A stretch of 60,509 nucleotides of DNA. Source: Verrucomicrobiia bacterium (GTDB lineage: Bacteria > Desulfobacterota > Binatia > UBA9968). The notes beneath the pieces were generated by a model. It saw only the letters and a list, made by a program, of their open reading frames with translations. It was not told the origin of the DNA and did not search any database. The stretch lies in NCBI GenBank assembly GCA_035637295.1, contig DASPXM010000285.1, forward strand, positions 1 through 60,509, written 5' to 3'. Positions 19,524 through 29,684 of this stretch are shown here, piece after piece. Each line of letters opens with the position of its first letter. The first letter of the stretch is position 1. The position numbers were made by a program, and so were the translations under genes.

Positions 19524-21218
19524 ATGCTGCGCGAACTTCGCATCAAGAACTTCGCCGTTATCGACGAGGTCGTGCTGGAGTTGGGACCGGGGTTGAACAT
19601 CATTACCGGGGAAACCGGCGCGGGTAAATCGATTATTCTCAATGCCCTGGGGCTGATCTCGGGCGAGCGGGGTGGCTCAGATATTATACGTCACAAGGAA
19701 GAGGAGGCGACCGTGGAAGCGTTGTTCGAGACCGTGCCGCCGGTGATCGAGTCCAAGCTCGGCGAAGCGGGATTCGAAATTGAAGGCGAGCTGGTGATCC
19801 GCCGGATTCTCAATCGCTCGGGCAAGAATCGAATCTACTTGAACGGCAGCCTCTGCCCCCTCGGTTTGCTCGCCGAAGTGGGTACTTCGCTAGTGCACAT
19901 CTATGGCCAGCACGAGCACCACACGTTGTTGCAGCCGGAGACCCATTTGAACTTGCTCGATGCGTTTGCGGACCTGGATGAGAGCGCGAAGTCGATGAAA
20001 GCCAACTTCGATGCCCTGTCGGGCGCTTGGGACCGGCTCCAACAGAACCGCGCAGCACTCGACAACCGGCGTCGGGAGAAAGCGCTGCTCGAGACGCAAG
20101 TCGAGGAGATCGCTCAGGCACGGCTGAGATCAGGCGAAGAGGAAGAACTCCGCTCGGACAAGAGCATCCTTGTCCACGCCGAGAAGTTGCATCAAGGATG
20201 TGGTGAAGGAGAGGAACTTCTCTACGAAGGCGATGCCGCATTGGTGAGCCGGCTTGGAAAATACACCGTCAGGCTAAAGGAACTGGCCGGGATCGACCCG
20301 AACTTGCAGCCGGCCGTCGAGCTGCTTGAGTCCTCTTTGGCACAACTGCAAGAAGTCGCAACGCAACTGCGGCGCTACGCCGGGCGTGTGCACTTCGACC
20401 CGAGAGCCTTAGAGCAACTTGAGGACCGCCTCGCGGAAATCCAGCGTCTCAAACGTAAGTACAACGCCAGCGTCGACGAAATTTTACGGATGCATGGGGA
20501 AATCAAGGAATCTCTCGAGAGCCTCGAGCAAAGCGAGGAACAAATCGTAGGCTTGGAAAAAGCGTTTGCGGAGGCGCGCCGAAACGCCTGGGAGATGGCG
20601 GAGAAAATCTCGAACGAGCGGCAGCGCGCTGCGAAAAAGCTCAAGCGTGAAATGGAAAAAGAAGTCAAAAGCCTGGGCATGCCGGATACCACGTTCGAGG
20701 CTCGCTTCGTCACCCACGATGAAAAGGCCGATGTCCCGCCATTTTTCATTGGCGGCAAAAAGCTCGCCGAGCGAGGTATGGACCAGGTAGAGTTCTATTT
20801 TTCGCCGAATCCTGGAGAACCGGTGAAACCCCTCGCAAAGATCGCCTCCGGCGGGGAACTCTCGCGCCTGATGCTCGCGCTGAAAGCGCTGGTCTTGACG
20901 CCGGGCGTGGTTTCGACATTGCTCTTCGATGAGGTGGATGCGGGAGTTGGAGGGCGAGTCGCCGAAATCGTTGGTAAAAAACTCAAACAGGTGGCAGTCC
21001 ACCATCAAGTGATCAGCGTGACCCACCTGCCGCAAATCGCCGCCATCGCTGACGCTCACTTCGTCGTCCAAAAGGAAGTCGAGAAAGGCCGAACCTTCAC
21101 CCGAGTTCAACGACTCTCGGACCGCGAGCGAGTCGACGAGGTCTCGCGCATGCTCGGCGGTGTCAAAATTACCGAGCAGACGCGCCGGCACGCCGAGGAG
21201 CTGGTTCGAGGGAAGTAA
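19524..21218 (+). CDS. recN: DNA repair protein RecN
   Basis: SMC-like: Walker A GETGAGKS, long coiled coil, signature SGGELSR and Walker B LLFDEVD. Confidence 0.95.
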   Translation: MLRELRIKNFAVIDEVVLELGPGLNIITGETGAGKSIILNALGLISGERGGSDIIRHKEEEATVEALFETVPPVIESKLGEAGFEIEGELVIRRILNRSGKNRIYLNGSLCPLGLLAEVGTSLVHIYGQHEHHTLLQPETHLNLLDAFADLDESAKSMKANFDALSGAWDRLQQNRAALDNRRREKALLETQVEEIAQARLRSGEEEELRSDKSILVHAEKLHQGCGEGEELLYEGDAALVSRLGKYTVRLKELAGIDPNLQPAVELLESSLAQLQEVATQLRRYAGRVHFDPRALEQLEDRLAEIQRLKRKYNASVDEILRMHGEIKESLESLEQSEEQIVGLEKAFAEARRNAWEMAEKISNERQRAAKKLKREMEKEVKSLGMPDTTFEARFVTHDEKADVPPFFIGGKKLAERGMDQVEFYFSPNPGEPVKPLAKIASGGELSRLMLALKALVLTPGVVSTLLFDEVDAGVGGRVAEIVGKKLKQVAVHHQVISVTHLPQIAAIADAHFVVQKEVEKGRTFTRVQRLSDRERVDEVSRMLGGVKITEQTRRHAEELVRGK

Positions 21219-21227
21219 AAAGCACTG

Positions 21228-21367
21228 GGTAACGAGTGATGAGTGTTGAGTCGTGGGAACAAGGATTCAGCGTAACGTTAGATTCTTACGCGTTGTTCGA
21301 TGTAGGTTGACTTTTCTGGCCCGGTTCCCTAATTTTGACTCAGTACTCATTGCTCAGCACTCAGTCC
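21228..21367. repeat. GAGTR-type inverted repeat flanking the tRNA-Ala promoter
   Basis: GAGTGATGAGTGTTGAGTC (21234-21252) versus GACTCAGTACTCATTGCTC (21337-21355). Watson-Crick pairing is 15/19, and all four mismatches are G.U-compatible on the plus strand. Confidence 0.5.
21307..21335 (+). promoter_or_regulatory. candidate sigma-70 promoter for tRNA-Ala
   Basis: TTGACT-N17-TAATTT, about 43 nt upstream of the tRNA 5' end. Confidence 0.4.
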
Positions 21368-21377
21368 TTCTTCTCGT

Positions 21378-21453
<76 letters not shown>

Positions 21454-21516
21454 AAATCTCTTACTTGATTTTTCCGGAACTCTTCGTCGTGGACGGCTGT
21501 TCAGTTCTGACTCGGC

Positions 21517-22197
21517 TCACTGCACGAGTTCAGAATCTGCGATGCTGCTTGTCAGCGCGCTCTCGCGCTTGGAGTAGGCGCGGTATTCATTGGCCAAACG
21601 ATGATGTGGATTTCGCGACGTCACGCGGAGAACCTGGCCGTCTAATTTGACGGCGACGCGTGCCTTGCTGTTGGGATCTTCTAAGGTGAAAGTGTCGGCG
21701 TCTTTGTCTAGGCCGGCGACTTTAAACCCGACCGATTCTGCTATAACGGCGATCGACTGCAACGGTTCTTTTGCCGGTTCTCTGACCAGGTACCAGTAGT
21801 CGTTGACAAAAGGCTCGTCAAAGAAGCGGGCGACCTCGATGCGTTTGACAACGCCACCCTCGTTAAAAGTAAGGGTCACCAGGGCTCGAGTGTTGGTGGG
21901 CACGGTACCGGCAGCGACGGGTAGCACCCCTACACCAGGGCCATATCTACGCTCCGAAATCTCAAACTGTCTGTCGTCAAAATTATATGCCCATCGCATG
22001 CGATCATTGCCGTGCTCGACTCCGAAGATGCTTTCAACTTCAGACTTGTTGCTTTGGCCGATCCTGAGCCTCGAGATCTTGTCTTCCACGGAAACCTCGG
22101 AGATCAGCTCGGGAGAGGACGTGCAGGCGTAAAGTGACAATAGCAGCGCAATAACGACTAGCTGAAGGCAAATTGACCGTGTCGGTTGGGGCGTCAT
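21517..22197 (-). CDS. lipoprotein with BamE/SmpA_OmlA-like N-terminal domain
   Basis: Signal peptide with lipobox (LSLYAC). The ISRLRIGQSNKSEVESIFG segment resembles the BamE fold signature; the rest is unassigned. Confidence 0.5.
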   Translation of the reverse strand: MTPQPTRSICLQLVVIALLLSLYACTSSPELISEVSVEDKISRLRIGQSNKSEVESIFGVEHGNDRMRWAYNFDDRQFEISERRYGPGVGVLPVAAGTVPTNTRALVTLTFNEGGVVKRIEVARFFDEPFVNDYWYLVREPAKEPLQSIAVIAESVGFKVAGLDKDADTFTLEDPNSKARVAVKLDGQVLRVTSRNPHHRLANEYRAYSKRESALTSSIADSELVQ

Positions 22198-22245
22198 GCT
22201 TGCCTCCTTCCGTCCAACTCTTCGAGTGAAGTCTCTAACATTTCG

Positions 22246-23529
22246 TTAATTTACCGTCGGCGCGGCGCCAAAGTAATTCTGCCAGGCGAGATGGAGCAGC
22301 TCGTTCGAAAGAACCATCGGGCGATTTTCATACTTACAGAGATCGGCGCAGCGTTGGATCAGATCGCGTGGCTCGCAGCCGCGGAGCGGACGTTTGTCGG
22401 TGTCGTATAAGCGAAAAACATATTCCAGATGCTGGGGATCGTAGTCGAAGCCGCTGGCTTGCACGAATTGCTGAAAGATCGCGGTGTACATCTCCCGGTC
22501 GGGTGGATTGACGTAGAGCCGATACCCCATGCGGCGCAGAAAAGCGTCATCGACCAAATCGCTGGGATCGAGGTTAGTGGCAAAGATCAATAACTGCTCG
22601 AACGGTACCTCGATCTTCTTCCCCGTGTGTAAGGTAAGATAGTCGACGCGCCCCTCGAGCGGAACGATCCAGCGATTAAGTAGATCATGGGGATCGACCC
22701 GCTGGCGGCCGAAGTCGTCGATTACCAGCGTGCCGCCGTTCGATTTCATTTGAAACGGCGCTTCATAGAATCTGACGGTGGAGCTGTAGATCAAATCCAT
22801 GGTTTCAATGGTCATTTCGCCGCCGACGATCACGATGGGCCGCTTGATTAGTATCCAGCGCTCGTCATAGCGGTCGATATCTTTTACGGGAACGGCGTGG
22901 TGGTTGTGCAGATCGAATACTTTGATTACTTGCCCATCGACTTCGATGGCGTAGGGAATCCAAATCTCGCCATGTTGAGCGGTGTGTAACGCCGTGGCGA
23001 TGGTGGTCTTACCGTTGCCGGATGGGCCGGTCATGAAGAGGCTCCGCCTCGAGTTGGCGACGAGCCCTAGTGTCTGCACTGTAGCGTCAGGCAAAACCAG
23101 TCCTGACATGGCGCCGCGCACCGATTCGGGTTGTATGGGATCCCGAGCCGCACTCTGACGGATGACCATTTCGCTATAGTCTTGTAAGGAGACCGGCGCC
23201 GGGCCGATGTAGCCGTTCATGTCCAATAACTGCTGGGCGCGCTGCCAGCCCCGATCGAGGAGGCCGTATCGACTGTTCCCGTAACTGATAAGTCCGCGGA
23301 TTTCGACAAATTTTTCCCGATACAGGTGCTGCAGCAGATCTTCCGTCACGGGCATCGACAACTTAAGTTTGTCGGCCGCCCTTTCAGTGGTGCAATTCGC
23401 ATCTGCATACACCGTTTTTAGCGCTAAGTCCGCAAGGAAGCTAAAATCGAGCCGAGTGTTGTCGGCTTTTAGCGGCATAGGTGGGACTAATATTCGATTC
23501 GATGAATTGCTTGGTTCCGGCTTGCTCAT
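22246..23529 (-). CDS. AAA+ ATPase with N-terminal winged-helix-like region
   Basis: Walker A GPSGNGKTT, Walker B LVIDDFGRQ and sensor region FATNLDPSDLVDDAFLRRMGY. Start placed at the internal ATG (23529); the upstream ATG at 23601 is also possible. Confidence 0.75.
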   Translation of the reverse strand: MSKPEPSNSSNRILVPPMPLKADNTRLDFSFLADLALKTVYADANCTTERAADKLKLSMPVTEDLLQHLYREKFVEIRGLISYGNSRYGLLDRGWQRAQQLLDMNGYIGPAPVSLQDYSEMVIRQSAARDPIQPESVRGAMSGLVLPDATVQTLGLVANSRRSLFMTGPSGNGKTTIATALHTAQHGEIWIPYAIEVDGQVIKVFDLHNHHAVPVKDIDRYDERWILIKRPIVIVGGEMTIETMDLIYSSTVRFYEAPFQMKSNGGTLVIDDFGRQRVDPHDLLNRWIVPLEGRVDYLTLHTGKKIEVPFEQLLIFATNLDPSDLVDDAFLRRMGYRLYVNPPDREMYTAIFQQFVQASGFDYDPQHLEYVFRLYDTDKRPLRGCEPRDLIQRCADLCKYENRPMVLSNELLHLAWQNYFGAAPTVN

Positions 23530-23727
23530 AATTCGCTTAAGCCCTCCGATTCTCCGGCAGTATTTCCTGATCGGAAATCCTGCAAATGTGCTGGCGGTCA
23601 ATGACCATCCGATTTTTCTCGTATTTTAAGAGTTAACACGCTATTTGGCAATCTAAGAGTTTTCCAAGCCAGGCGTTTTTAGCCTGCAACGGGTCTTGGT
23701 CCATCGAAGCGCCCGGTCGCGCGCCAA

Positions 23728-23756
23728 TTGAAGCTCGATAGTCCTTGTGTTATAAA
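23728..23756 (+). promoter_or_regulatory. candidate sigma-70 promoter for rpmE
   Basis: TTGAAG-N17-TATAAA, 22 nt upstream of the rpmE ATG; the RBS GAGAGGA lies between. Confidence 0.45.
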
Positions 23757-23778
23757 AAGTATCTATTGAGAGGATCTT

Positions 23779-23982
23779 ATGAAGCCAGGAATCCATCCGG
23801 AGTATAAATCGGCCAAGATTGTTTGCGCCTGCGGACAAGTCGTCGAATCGCGCTCCACAGTCGGGAACATTCACGTGGAAATTTGCTCCAACTGCCACCC
23901 CTTCTTCACCGGCAAGCAGAAATTCGTCGACTCGGCTGGTCGAGTAGAAAAATTTAGAAGGAAATACGGACTGAAAAACTGA
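23779..23982 (+). CDS. rpmE: 50S ribosomal protein L31
   Basis: MKPGIHPEY ... CxC ... [10 protein letters not shown] ... GRVEKF. Confidence 0.95.
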   Translation: MKPGIHPEYKSAKIVCACGQVVESRSTVGNIHVEICSNCHPFFTGKQKFVDSAGRVEKFRRKYGLKN

Positions 23983-24036
23983 GTTCGGCGGAGGACCGGG
24001 ACTGAATGTGATTTACTAGGCTATTGCAGGAAGGGA

Positions 24037-24076
24037 AAGGGCAAAGGGTAGCGATGATCCCTTTGCCCTTTTTTTA
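24037..24076 (+). terminator. Rho-independent terminator after rpmE
   Basis: AAGGGCAAAGGG pairs with CCCTTTGCCCTT (12-bp stem) and is followed by a T-run. Confidence 0.8.
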
Positions 24077-24109
24077 TTTTGCGCGATTGGTCTGGATCGT
24101 GAGCTCATC

Positions 24110-25216
24110 ATGCTTGATAAACTAGCCGAAGTCGAAAAGCGTTATATGGACTTGGAAAGAATGATGTCCGATCCCCAGATGCTCGGCCATCAGCGGGAAT
24201 ATTCCAAGCTCGCCAAGGAGCGCTCCGAACTGGAAGAGATTGTCACTTGCTATCGTGAGTGGCGTAAGGTCGAACGAGAAATCCACGACAATCGGCAACT
24301 CCTGGAAGAACCGGACGAGGCGATCCGGGAGCTCGCCAAAGAAGAACTTGCAGCGTTGCGCGAGCGCAAAGAGGCGCTGGAAAACCGGCTTAAAACTCTA
24401 ATCCTCCCGAAAGACCCCAACGACGCAAAGAACGTCATCGTTGAAATCCGCGCCGGAACGGGCGGCGATGAAGCGGCGTTGTTCGCCGCAGAACTTTTTC
24501 GCATGTACTCGCGCTACGCCGAGTCGCGCCGCTGGCGGGTCGAAATGATGAGCTCTAGCCCGACCGGCCTTGGGGGCTACAAAGAAATCATCATGAGCAT
24601 CGAGGGGCAGGGCGCGTACAGCCGCCTCAAATTCGAAGGCGGCGTGCACCGCGTCCAGCGGGTGCCAGTGACCGAAGGGTCTGGAAGGATTCACACGTCG
24701 GCGGTAACGGTGGCAGTGTTAGCCGAAGCCGACGAAGTCGAAATCGCCATTGATCCGAAAGAAATTCGCGTCGACGTGTTTCGTTCATCCGGGCCGGGCG
24801 GGCAGAGCGTCAATACGACCGACTCCGCAGTGCGCATCACGCATATCCCGACGGGTATCGTCATCTCGTGCCAAGATGAAAAATCGCAGCATAAAAACCG
24901 CGCCAAGGGCATGAAGATTCTCCGCGCCCGATTACTCGAAAAGAAACAAGAAGAGCAGCGCTCCGAAATCGCCGCGACCCGCAAGTCGATGGTGGGGAGC
25001 GGCGATCGCAGCGAGCGCATCCGCACCTACAATTTTCCTCAGGGGCGGCTGACGGATCACCGGATCAATCTCACAATCTATCAGTTGGACAGAGTGATGG
25101 AAGGGCAAATTGACGACATCGTCGATGCGCTGATCACGCACTACCAGGCTGAGGTGTTAAAAGCGACGGGAAAGCCGCAAGAGCAAGATGGAAAGTCAGA
25201 CCCCGATAACAACTAG
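24110..25216 (+). CDS. prfA: peptide chain release factor 1
   Basis: GGQ motif ([11 protein letters not shown]) and an RF1-type PxT tripeptide (PVT). Confidence 0.97.
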   Translation: MLDKLAEVEKRYMDLERMMSDPQMLGHQREYSKLAKERSELEEIVTCYREWRKVEREIHDNRQLLEEPDEAIRELAKEELAALRERKEALENRLKTLILPKDPNDAKNVIVEIRAGTGGDEAALFAAELFRMYSRYAESRRWRVEMMSSSPTGLGGYKEIIMSIEGQGAYSRLKFEGGVHRVQRVPVTEGSGRIHTSAVTVAVLAEADEVEIAIDPKEIRVDVFRSSGPGGQSVNTTDSAVRITHIPTGIVISCQDEKSQHKNRAKGMKILRARLLEKKQEEQRSEIAATRKSMVGSGDRSERIRTYNFPQGRLTDHRINLTIYQLDRVMEGQIDDIVDALITHYQAEVLKATGKPQEQDGKSDPDNN

Positions 25217-26111
25217 CGCTGCCACCGTATCGATACAGGCGGTAGTCCGTGAGAATGTCAAATGTCTGATCGAAGCGGGCATAGAGACAGCGCGTCTCGA
25301 TGCTGAAACCCTTTTGAGCCATGTCTTGAAGCTGACGAAGGAGCAATTTGTTCTTTTTTCGGACATGCCGTTGCGCCCTGAGCAAATGCGGCACTACGAG
25401 AAGCTCTTGCTTCGGCGCATTCGGCGCGAACCGGTGGCCCATATCACAGGGCGACAAGAGTTTTGGTCACTCGATTTTCGCGTTACGCCCGACGTGTTGA
25501 TCCCGCGACCGGAAACGGAACGGTTGGTAGAGATTACTCTTGAGCTCGCGCGAGAATTTCCAGAGAATAAAGCATTTAAGATTCTCGATGTCGGCACAGG
25601 GAGCGGCGCCATTGCAGTAAGCCTAGCGAGAGAATTACCGTCATCGATGATTTGGGCGACCGATGTATCCATTGAGGCTTTGGAAATCGCCCGGAGCAAT
25701 GCGGCGCGTTACGGCGCGTCCGAACGAGTTCGTTTGTTGCACGGCGATCTTTTCGAACCCATCGGCGAAATTGCCGGACGATTCGACTTGATCGTTTCAA
25801 ATCCACCCTATATTCGCTCAGCGGAGATAGATGCTTTAGCACCGGAAGTGAGCCTCTGGGAACCGCGTGGCGCGTTGGACGGCGGCGTCGACGGGCTCGA
25901 CTTCTACCGGCGGATCGCGCGCGAGGCCAGTGATCACTTGGCGCCGAATGGCGCCGTCGCCGTAGAAATCGGCGCCGATATGGGAGAAAAAGTCGCACGG
26001 TTATTCGCCGGAGGCGGTTGCTACACGGGTGTGACCGTCTTTCAAGACTACGCCGGCCGGGATCGTGTGGTTATGGCGAAGCTGGTCGGCAAAAGCACGA
26101 AATCAACCTAA
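25188..26111 (+). CDS. prmC: release factor glutamine N5-methyltransferase
   Basis: SAM motif [10 protein letters not shown] and catalytic NPPY; classic position after prfA. Confidence 0.9.
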   Translation: MESQTPITTSAATVSIQAVVRENVKCLIEAGIETARLDAETLLSHVLKLTKEQFVLFSDMPLRPEQMRHYEKLLLRRIRREPVAHITGRQEFWSLDFRVTPDVLIPRPETERLVEITLELAREFPENKAFKILDVGTGSGAIAVSLARELPSSMIWATDVSIEALEIARSNAARYGASERVRLLHGDLFEPIGEIAGRFDLIVSNPPYIRSAEIDALAPEVSLWEPRGALDGGVDGLDFYRRIAREASDHLAPNGAVAVEIGADMGEKVARLFAGGGCYTGVTVFQDYAGRDRVVMAKLVGKSTKST

Positions 26112-26125
26112 GGACGCAAAAGCAA

Positions 26126-27394
26126 GTGGACAAGATCATTTTACAAGGCGGTAAGAGCCTCGCCGGGGAAGTCAGGGTCAGCGGCTCGAAGAATGCAGCG
26201 TTGCCGGTACTGATCTCTTCCCTGCTGACCAGCGAGCCTTGCACGTATCAGGGCGTGCCTCATCTAGCTGATATCCGCACCACACTCAAACTGCTTTCTG
26301 GATTGGGCGATAAGCATGACCATCAAAGCTGGCTAAACGGCGCCGACGATTTGACGCTGCAAGCAAACCGGATCAATAAATTCGAAGCCGCCTATGACCT
26401 GGTGAAAACGATGCGGGCGTCTTTCTTGGTGCTTGGGCCGTTGCTGGCTCGCTTCGGCCGAGCGCGAGTTTCAACGCCGGGTGGCTGTGCCATCGGGGCA
26501 CGGCCGATCAACCTCCATCTAAAAGGCCTGGAAGCGTTGGGCGCGACGATCGAGCAATCGCACGGCTATGTGGAAGCAAACGCATCGCGCTTGCGCGGCG
26601 CAAAAATCTATCTGGATCTTCCGTCGGTCGGCGCCACCGAAAATCTGATGATGGCGGCGACTTTGGCCGAGGGCACGACGATCATCGAGAATGCCGCCAA
26701 GGAACCCGAGATCGATGATCTCGCAAGCGTATTAAACGAAATGGGGGCGAGGGTTCAGGGTAGCGGCACCGACATTATTCAAATCGAAGGTGTTGATGCT
26801 TTGCATGGAACAACCCATCGGATCATTCCTGACCGCATCGAAGCCGGCAGTTTCGTCATTGCCGCGGCGATCACCGGCGGCGACGTGCTGGTCAGAGGTG
26901 CGCGCGCGGATCATCTCGAGGCTTTTCTGATCAAGCTCAAGGAAGCCGGCGTCGTATACACAGCCGATGAAGTCGGGATCAAAGTTGAGCGCAGCGGGAA
27001 TATCAAAAGCGTCGATGTCACAACTCTGCCCTATCCCGGATTTCCCACCGACTTGCAGGCGCAAATGATGGCGCTGATGGCGGTCGCCGACGGCGTGAGC
27101 ATCATCACGGAAACGATATTCGAGAATCGTTTTATGCACGCGCAGGAACTGGACCGCATGGGTGCGCAGATTCAACTGGAGGGAAATCGCGCAGTGGTTC
27201 GGGGCGTGCACGAGCTCTCCGGCGCGCCGGTGATGGCGAGCGATCTGCGCGCGAGCGTGGCGCTGCTTCTCGCCGGCTTGGTCGCCAACGGCACGACGGA
27301 AGTTTCGCGGGTGTATCATCTGGACCGCGGCTACGAACAGATCGAACGAAAGCTTTCTCAGTTGGGCGCGCACATCGAGCGGGTGAAGGGCTAA
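26126..27394 (+). CDS. murA: UDP-N-acetylglucosamine 1-carboxyvinyltransferase
   Basis: [10 protein letters not shown] and the active-site Cys loop [10 protein letters not shown]. The GTG at 26126 gives a canonical N-terminus, so the track extension from 26018 is rejected. Confidence 0.95.
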   Translation: MDKIILQGGKSLAGEVRVSGSKNAALPVLISSLLTSEPCTYQGVPHLADIRTTLKLLSGLGDKHDHQSWLNGADDLTLQANRINKFEAAYDLVKTMRASFLVLGPLLARFGRARVSTPGGCAIGARPINLHLKGLEALGATIEQSHGYVEANASRLRGAKIYLDLPSVGATENLMMAATLAEGTTIIENAAKEPEIDDLASVLNEMGARVQGSGTDIIQIEGVDALHGTTHRIIPDRIEAGSFVIAAAITGGDVLVRGARADHLEAFLIKLKEAGVVYTADEVGIKVERSGNIKSVDVTTLPYPGFPTDLQAQMMALMAVADGVSIITETIFENRFMHAQELDRMGAQIQLEGNRAVVRGVHELSGAPVMASDLRASVALLLAGLVANGTTEVSRVYHLDRGYEQIERKLSQLGAHIERVKG

Positions 27395-27395
27395 T

Positions 27396-27431
27396 GTTCG
27401 TTCAAGGTTCAAGCGTTCAAAAGTTCGAAGG
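27396..27431. repeat. GTTCAAR-type simple-sequence block
   Basis: GTTCGTTCAAGGTTCAAGCGTTCAAAAGTTCGAAGG starts 2 nt after the murA stop. The same unit type occurs at 29574-29660 and 42871-42911. Confidence 0.6.
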
Positions 27432-27434
27432 CAT

Positions 27435-27504
27435 AAATCTAAAATCCAAAATCTAGCCAAAGATATTTGAAATTTTCAGAGGAATTTTGGATCAAGGGAT
27501 TCGG
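27435..27504. repeat. AAATCYR-type block with partial inverted partner
   Basis: AAATCTAAAATCCAAAATCTAG, with partner GAATTTTGGATCAAGGGATTCGG. Positions 27436-27455 are identical to 37650-37669 (20 nt). Confidence 0.5.
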
Positions 27505-27517
27505 AAAAACTGTGACT

Positions 27518-27594
27518 CGCGCCAAGGCGCCAAGGCGCCAAGGTTCGGAAAACTAAGTAAAAGTCTTTCTTTGCGTGCTTGGCGTCTTGGTGCG
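27518..27594. repeat. GCGCCAAG tandem units forming a hairpin
   Basis: Three GCGCCAAG units (27518-27543) and the inverted partner CTTGGCGTCTTGGTGCG (27578-27594). Complementarity is 15/17, and both mismatches would be G.U pairs in a plus-strand RNA. Confidence 0.6.
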
Positions 27595-27686
27595 ATAACA
27601 TTTTTTGTCAGTACGGTCGGGAGCGTAAATTGTTAGAGATAAATTCTCACATTTGAGAGTGTAAGAATCGAAATTGGTCAGTTGGA

Positions 27687-28973
27687 ATGACGATCAGATT
27701 AGTTAAGACGACCGATGCCGGATTCAAACCGCTGCTCAAGAAAATACTCGACCGCCGCGGTACCCGCGAGGGCGGGATCGAGCGGCGCGTTTCTGAAATC
27801 GTTACTGCCGTGGAGCGGCGTGGCGATCAGGCGGTATTGCGTTACACGCGGCTGTTCGACCGTGTGCGCCTGTCACCTGTGACGATGGAAGTAAAACCAG
27901 CGGAGATCAGGCGCGCGCTCGCCAAAGTCGCGCCGCGAGACTTGGCGGCTTTAAAACTTGCCGCTAAACGAATCGCGGCGTTTCATCGCCGCCACCTGCA
28001 GAAAAGCTGGCAGTATCGCGACCCGCTCGGCATGTTGCTCGGTCAACGAATCACGCCCCTGGAACGGGTCGGCGTGTATGTGCCTGGCGGTAAGGCCTCC
28101 TATCCTTCCACGGTTCTGATGAATGCGATTCCGGCCAAAATTGCCGGCGTCAAAGAAATTATCATGACCTCACCCATCGGCAGCGACGGGGCAATTATTC
28201 TCGCCGCCGCGCACATTGCCGGGGTTGACCGCATTTTCCGTGTCGGCGGCGCTCAGGCCGTGGCTGCAATGGCATTCGGCACCCAAACGATTCCGAAAGT
28301 CGACAAAATCGTTGGTCCGGGAAATATATTCGTCGCCACCGCCAAGCGAATGGTTTTCGGCGAGGTCGATATTGACTCGATCGCCGGGCCGAGCGAGATT
28401 TTGCTGCTGGCGGATGATTCGGCGGAACCCCTTCATGTTGCGGCTGACATGCTTTCGCAGGCCGAACATGATGAATTGGCCGCTGCATTGTGCTTGACAA
28501 CGTCAATGGCGACGGCGCTCAAGGTTCAACGTGCGATCGACACTCTGCTTCGAAATACGAAACGGCAGGCGATCACGCTCAAGGCGCTGGCTAAGTACGG
28601 CGCAATCATCGTCGTGCGCGGCCAGAAAGAAATGATCGAGCTGGCCAATGCCATTGCGCCGGAGCACATCGAACTGATCGTCAAACAGCCGCAAAAACTG
28701 GCAAAGCAGATTCGCAACGCCGGCGCGATGTTTCTCGGGCCTTACTCGGCGCCACCGCTGGGGGATTATTTAGCGGGACCCAATCATGTGCTCCCCACCG
28801 GTGGGAGCGCGCGGTTTTTTTCGCCGCTCGGCACTCATGATTTTCTCAAACGTACTACGATCATCCACGCCGAGAAACGCGCTTTAAAAGCTTTGGCGCC
28901 GAAGATTACCCATTTGGCGCGACTCGAAGGGCTCGACGATCATGCACGCTCGGTAGAAGCCCGCTTTCGCTAG
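27687..28973 (+). CDS. hisD: histidinol dehydrogenase
   Basis: Conserved blocks [12 protein letters not shown] and SQAEHD, with full-length similarity. Confidence 0.95.
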   Translation: MTIRLVKTTDAGFKPLLKKILDRRGTREGGIERRVSEIVTAVERRGDQAVLRYTRLFDRVRLSPVTMEVKPAEIRRALAKVAPRDLAALKLAAKRIAAFHRRHLQKSWQYRDPLGMLLGQRITPLERVGVYVPGGKASYPSTVLMNAIPAKIAGVKEIIMTSPIGSDGAIILAAAHIAGVDRIFRVGGAQAVAAMAFGTQTIPKVDKIVGPGNIFVATAKRMVFGEVDIDSIAGPSEILLLADDSAEPLHVAADMLSQAEHDELAAALCLTTSMATALKVQRAIDTLLRNTKRQAITLKALAKYGAIIVVRGQKEMIELANAIAPEHIELIVKQPQKLAKQIRNAGAMFLGPYSAPPLGDYLAGPNHVLPTGGSARFFSPLGTHDFLKRTTIIHAEKRALKALAPKITHLARLEGLDDHARSVEARFR

Positions 28974-28985
28974 GAAGGAGCAACC

Positions 28986-29573
28986 ATGGGACGGATGGGC
29001 AAAGTCAGCCGCAAAACAAAAGAAACCGATATTACAGTTAAGTTAGATATCGACGGCAGCGGTCAAGCACGAATTCAAACTGGGATGCCGTTCTTGAACC
29101 ATATGCTGGATAGCTTCAGCCGTCATGGTTTTTTCAACATCGATCTCGACGCGAAAGGCGATCTTGAAGTCGACTATCATCACACGGTCGAAGACGTCGG
29201 CCTCGCGTTGGGTCAAGCTTTCAAGGACGCCCTCGGCGACAAGCACGGCATCCGCCGCTTTGGCGAGGCGAGTTGCCCGCTCGACGAAGCGCTGGCCGAA
29301 GTGGTCGTCGATCTCAGCGGCCGGCCTTATCTCTTTTATAACGTCAAGATACGCCCGGGGCGTGTCGGTGACTTCGACACCGACTTACCGCACGAGTTCT
29401 TTGGAGGATTCGTCAATCAGCTGGGCATGAATCTGCATATCGACGTCGTGCGCGGCGAAAATCCGCATCATATCATTGAAGCGTGTTTCAAGGCTTTTGC
29501 TCGCGCCATGGACATGGCGACGCAACTCGATCCACGGCTTCAAGGGGTGCTGTCGACGAAAGGCAGCTTATAG
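28986..29573 (+). CDS. hisB: imidazoleglycerol-phosphate dehydratase
   Basis: [18 protein letters not shown] and [10 protein letters not shown] motifs. Confidence 0.95.
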   Translation: MGRMGKVSRKTKETDITVKLDIDGSGQARIQTGMPFLNHMLDSFSRHGFFNIDLDAKGDLEVDYHHTVEDVGLALGQAFKDALGDKHGIRRFGEASCPLDEALAEVVVDLSGRPYLFYNVKIRPGRVGDFDTDLPHEFFGGFVNQLGMNLHIDVVRGENPHHIIEACFKAFARAMDMATQLDPRLQGVLSTKGSL

Positions 29574-29660
29574 TTCTTGAACATTGAACCTTAAACTTTG
29601 AACCTTCGAGCTCCGGCCGGTTTCGAATGATTCCAATGTTCAGGGTTCAAAGTTCAAGAA
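29574..29660. repeat. GTTCAAR-type inverted repeat (hairpin) between hisB and hisH
   Basis: The left arm TTCTTGAACATTGAACC begins at the nucleotide after the hisB stop. It pairs 16/17 with the right arm at 29644-29660. Inner units allow alternative registers. Confidence 0.65.
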
Positions 29661-29684
29661 ATGCAAAGGTAGTAAAAGATTTTC

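Noticed and set aside
26018-26125. Upstream extensions of murA (26018), hisA (29986), argF (41813), dapA (48066), hslU (38238), the MFS transporter (31758), hup (11957) and the DOPA-dioxygenase-like gene (881).
   Set aside because: The extensions overlap upstream genes or have no similarity to the family N-termini. Internal starts carry Shine-Dalgarno sequences and reproduce the canonical N-termini.
27396-27594. Possible CRISPR array or other spacer-repeat structure in the tandem-repeat regions.
   Set aside because: The units are only 6-8 nt and degenerate, and they are contiguous with no unique spacers. There are no cas genes in the window.
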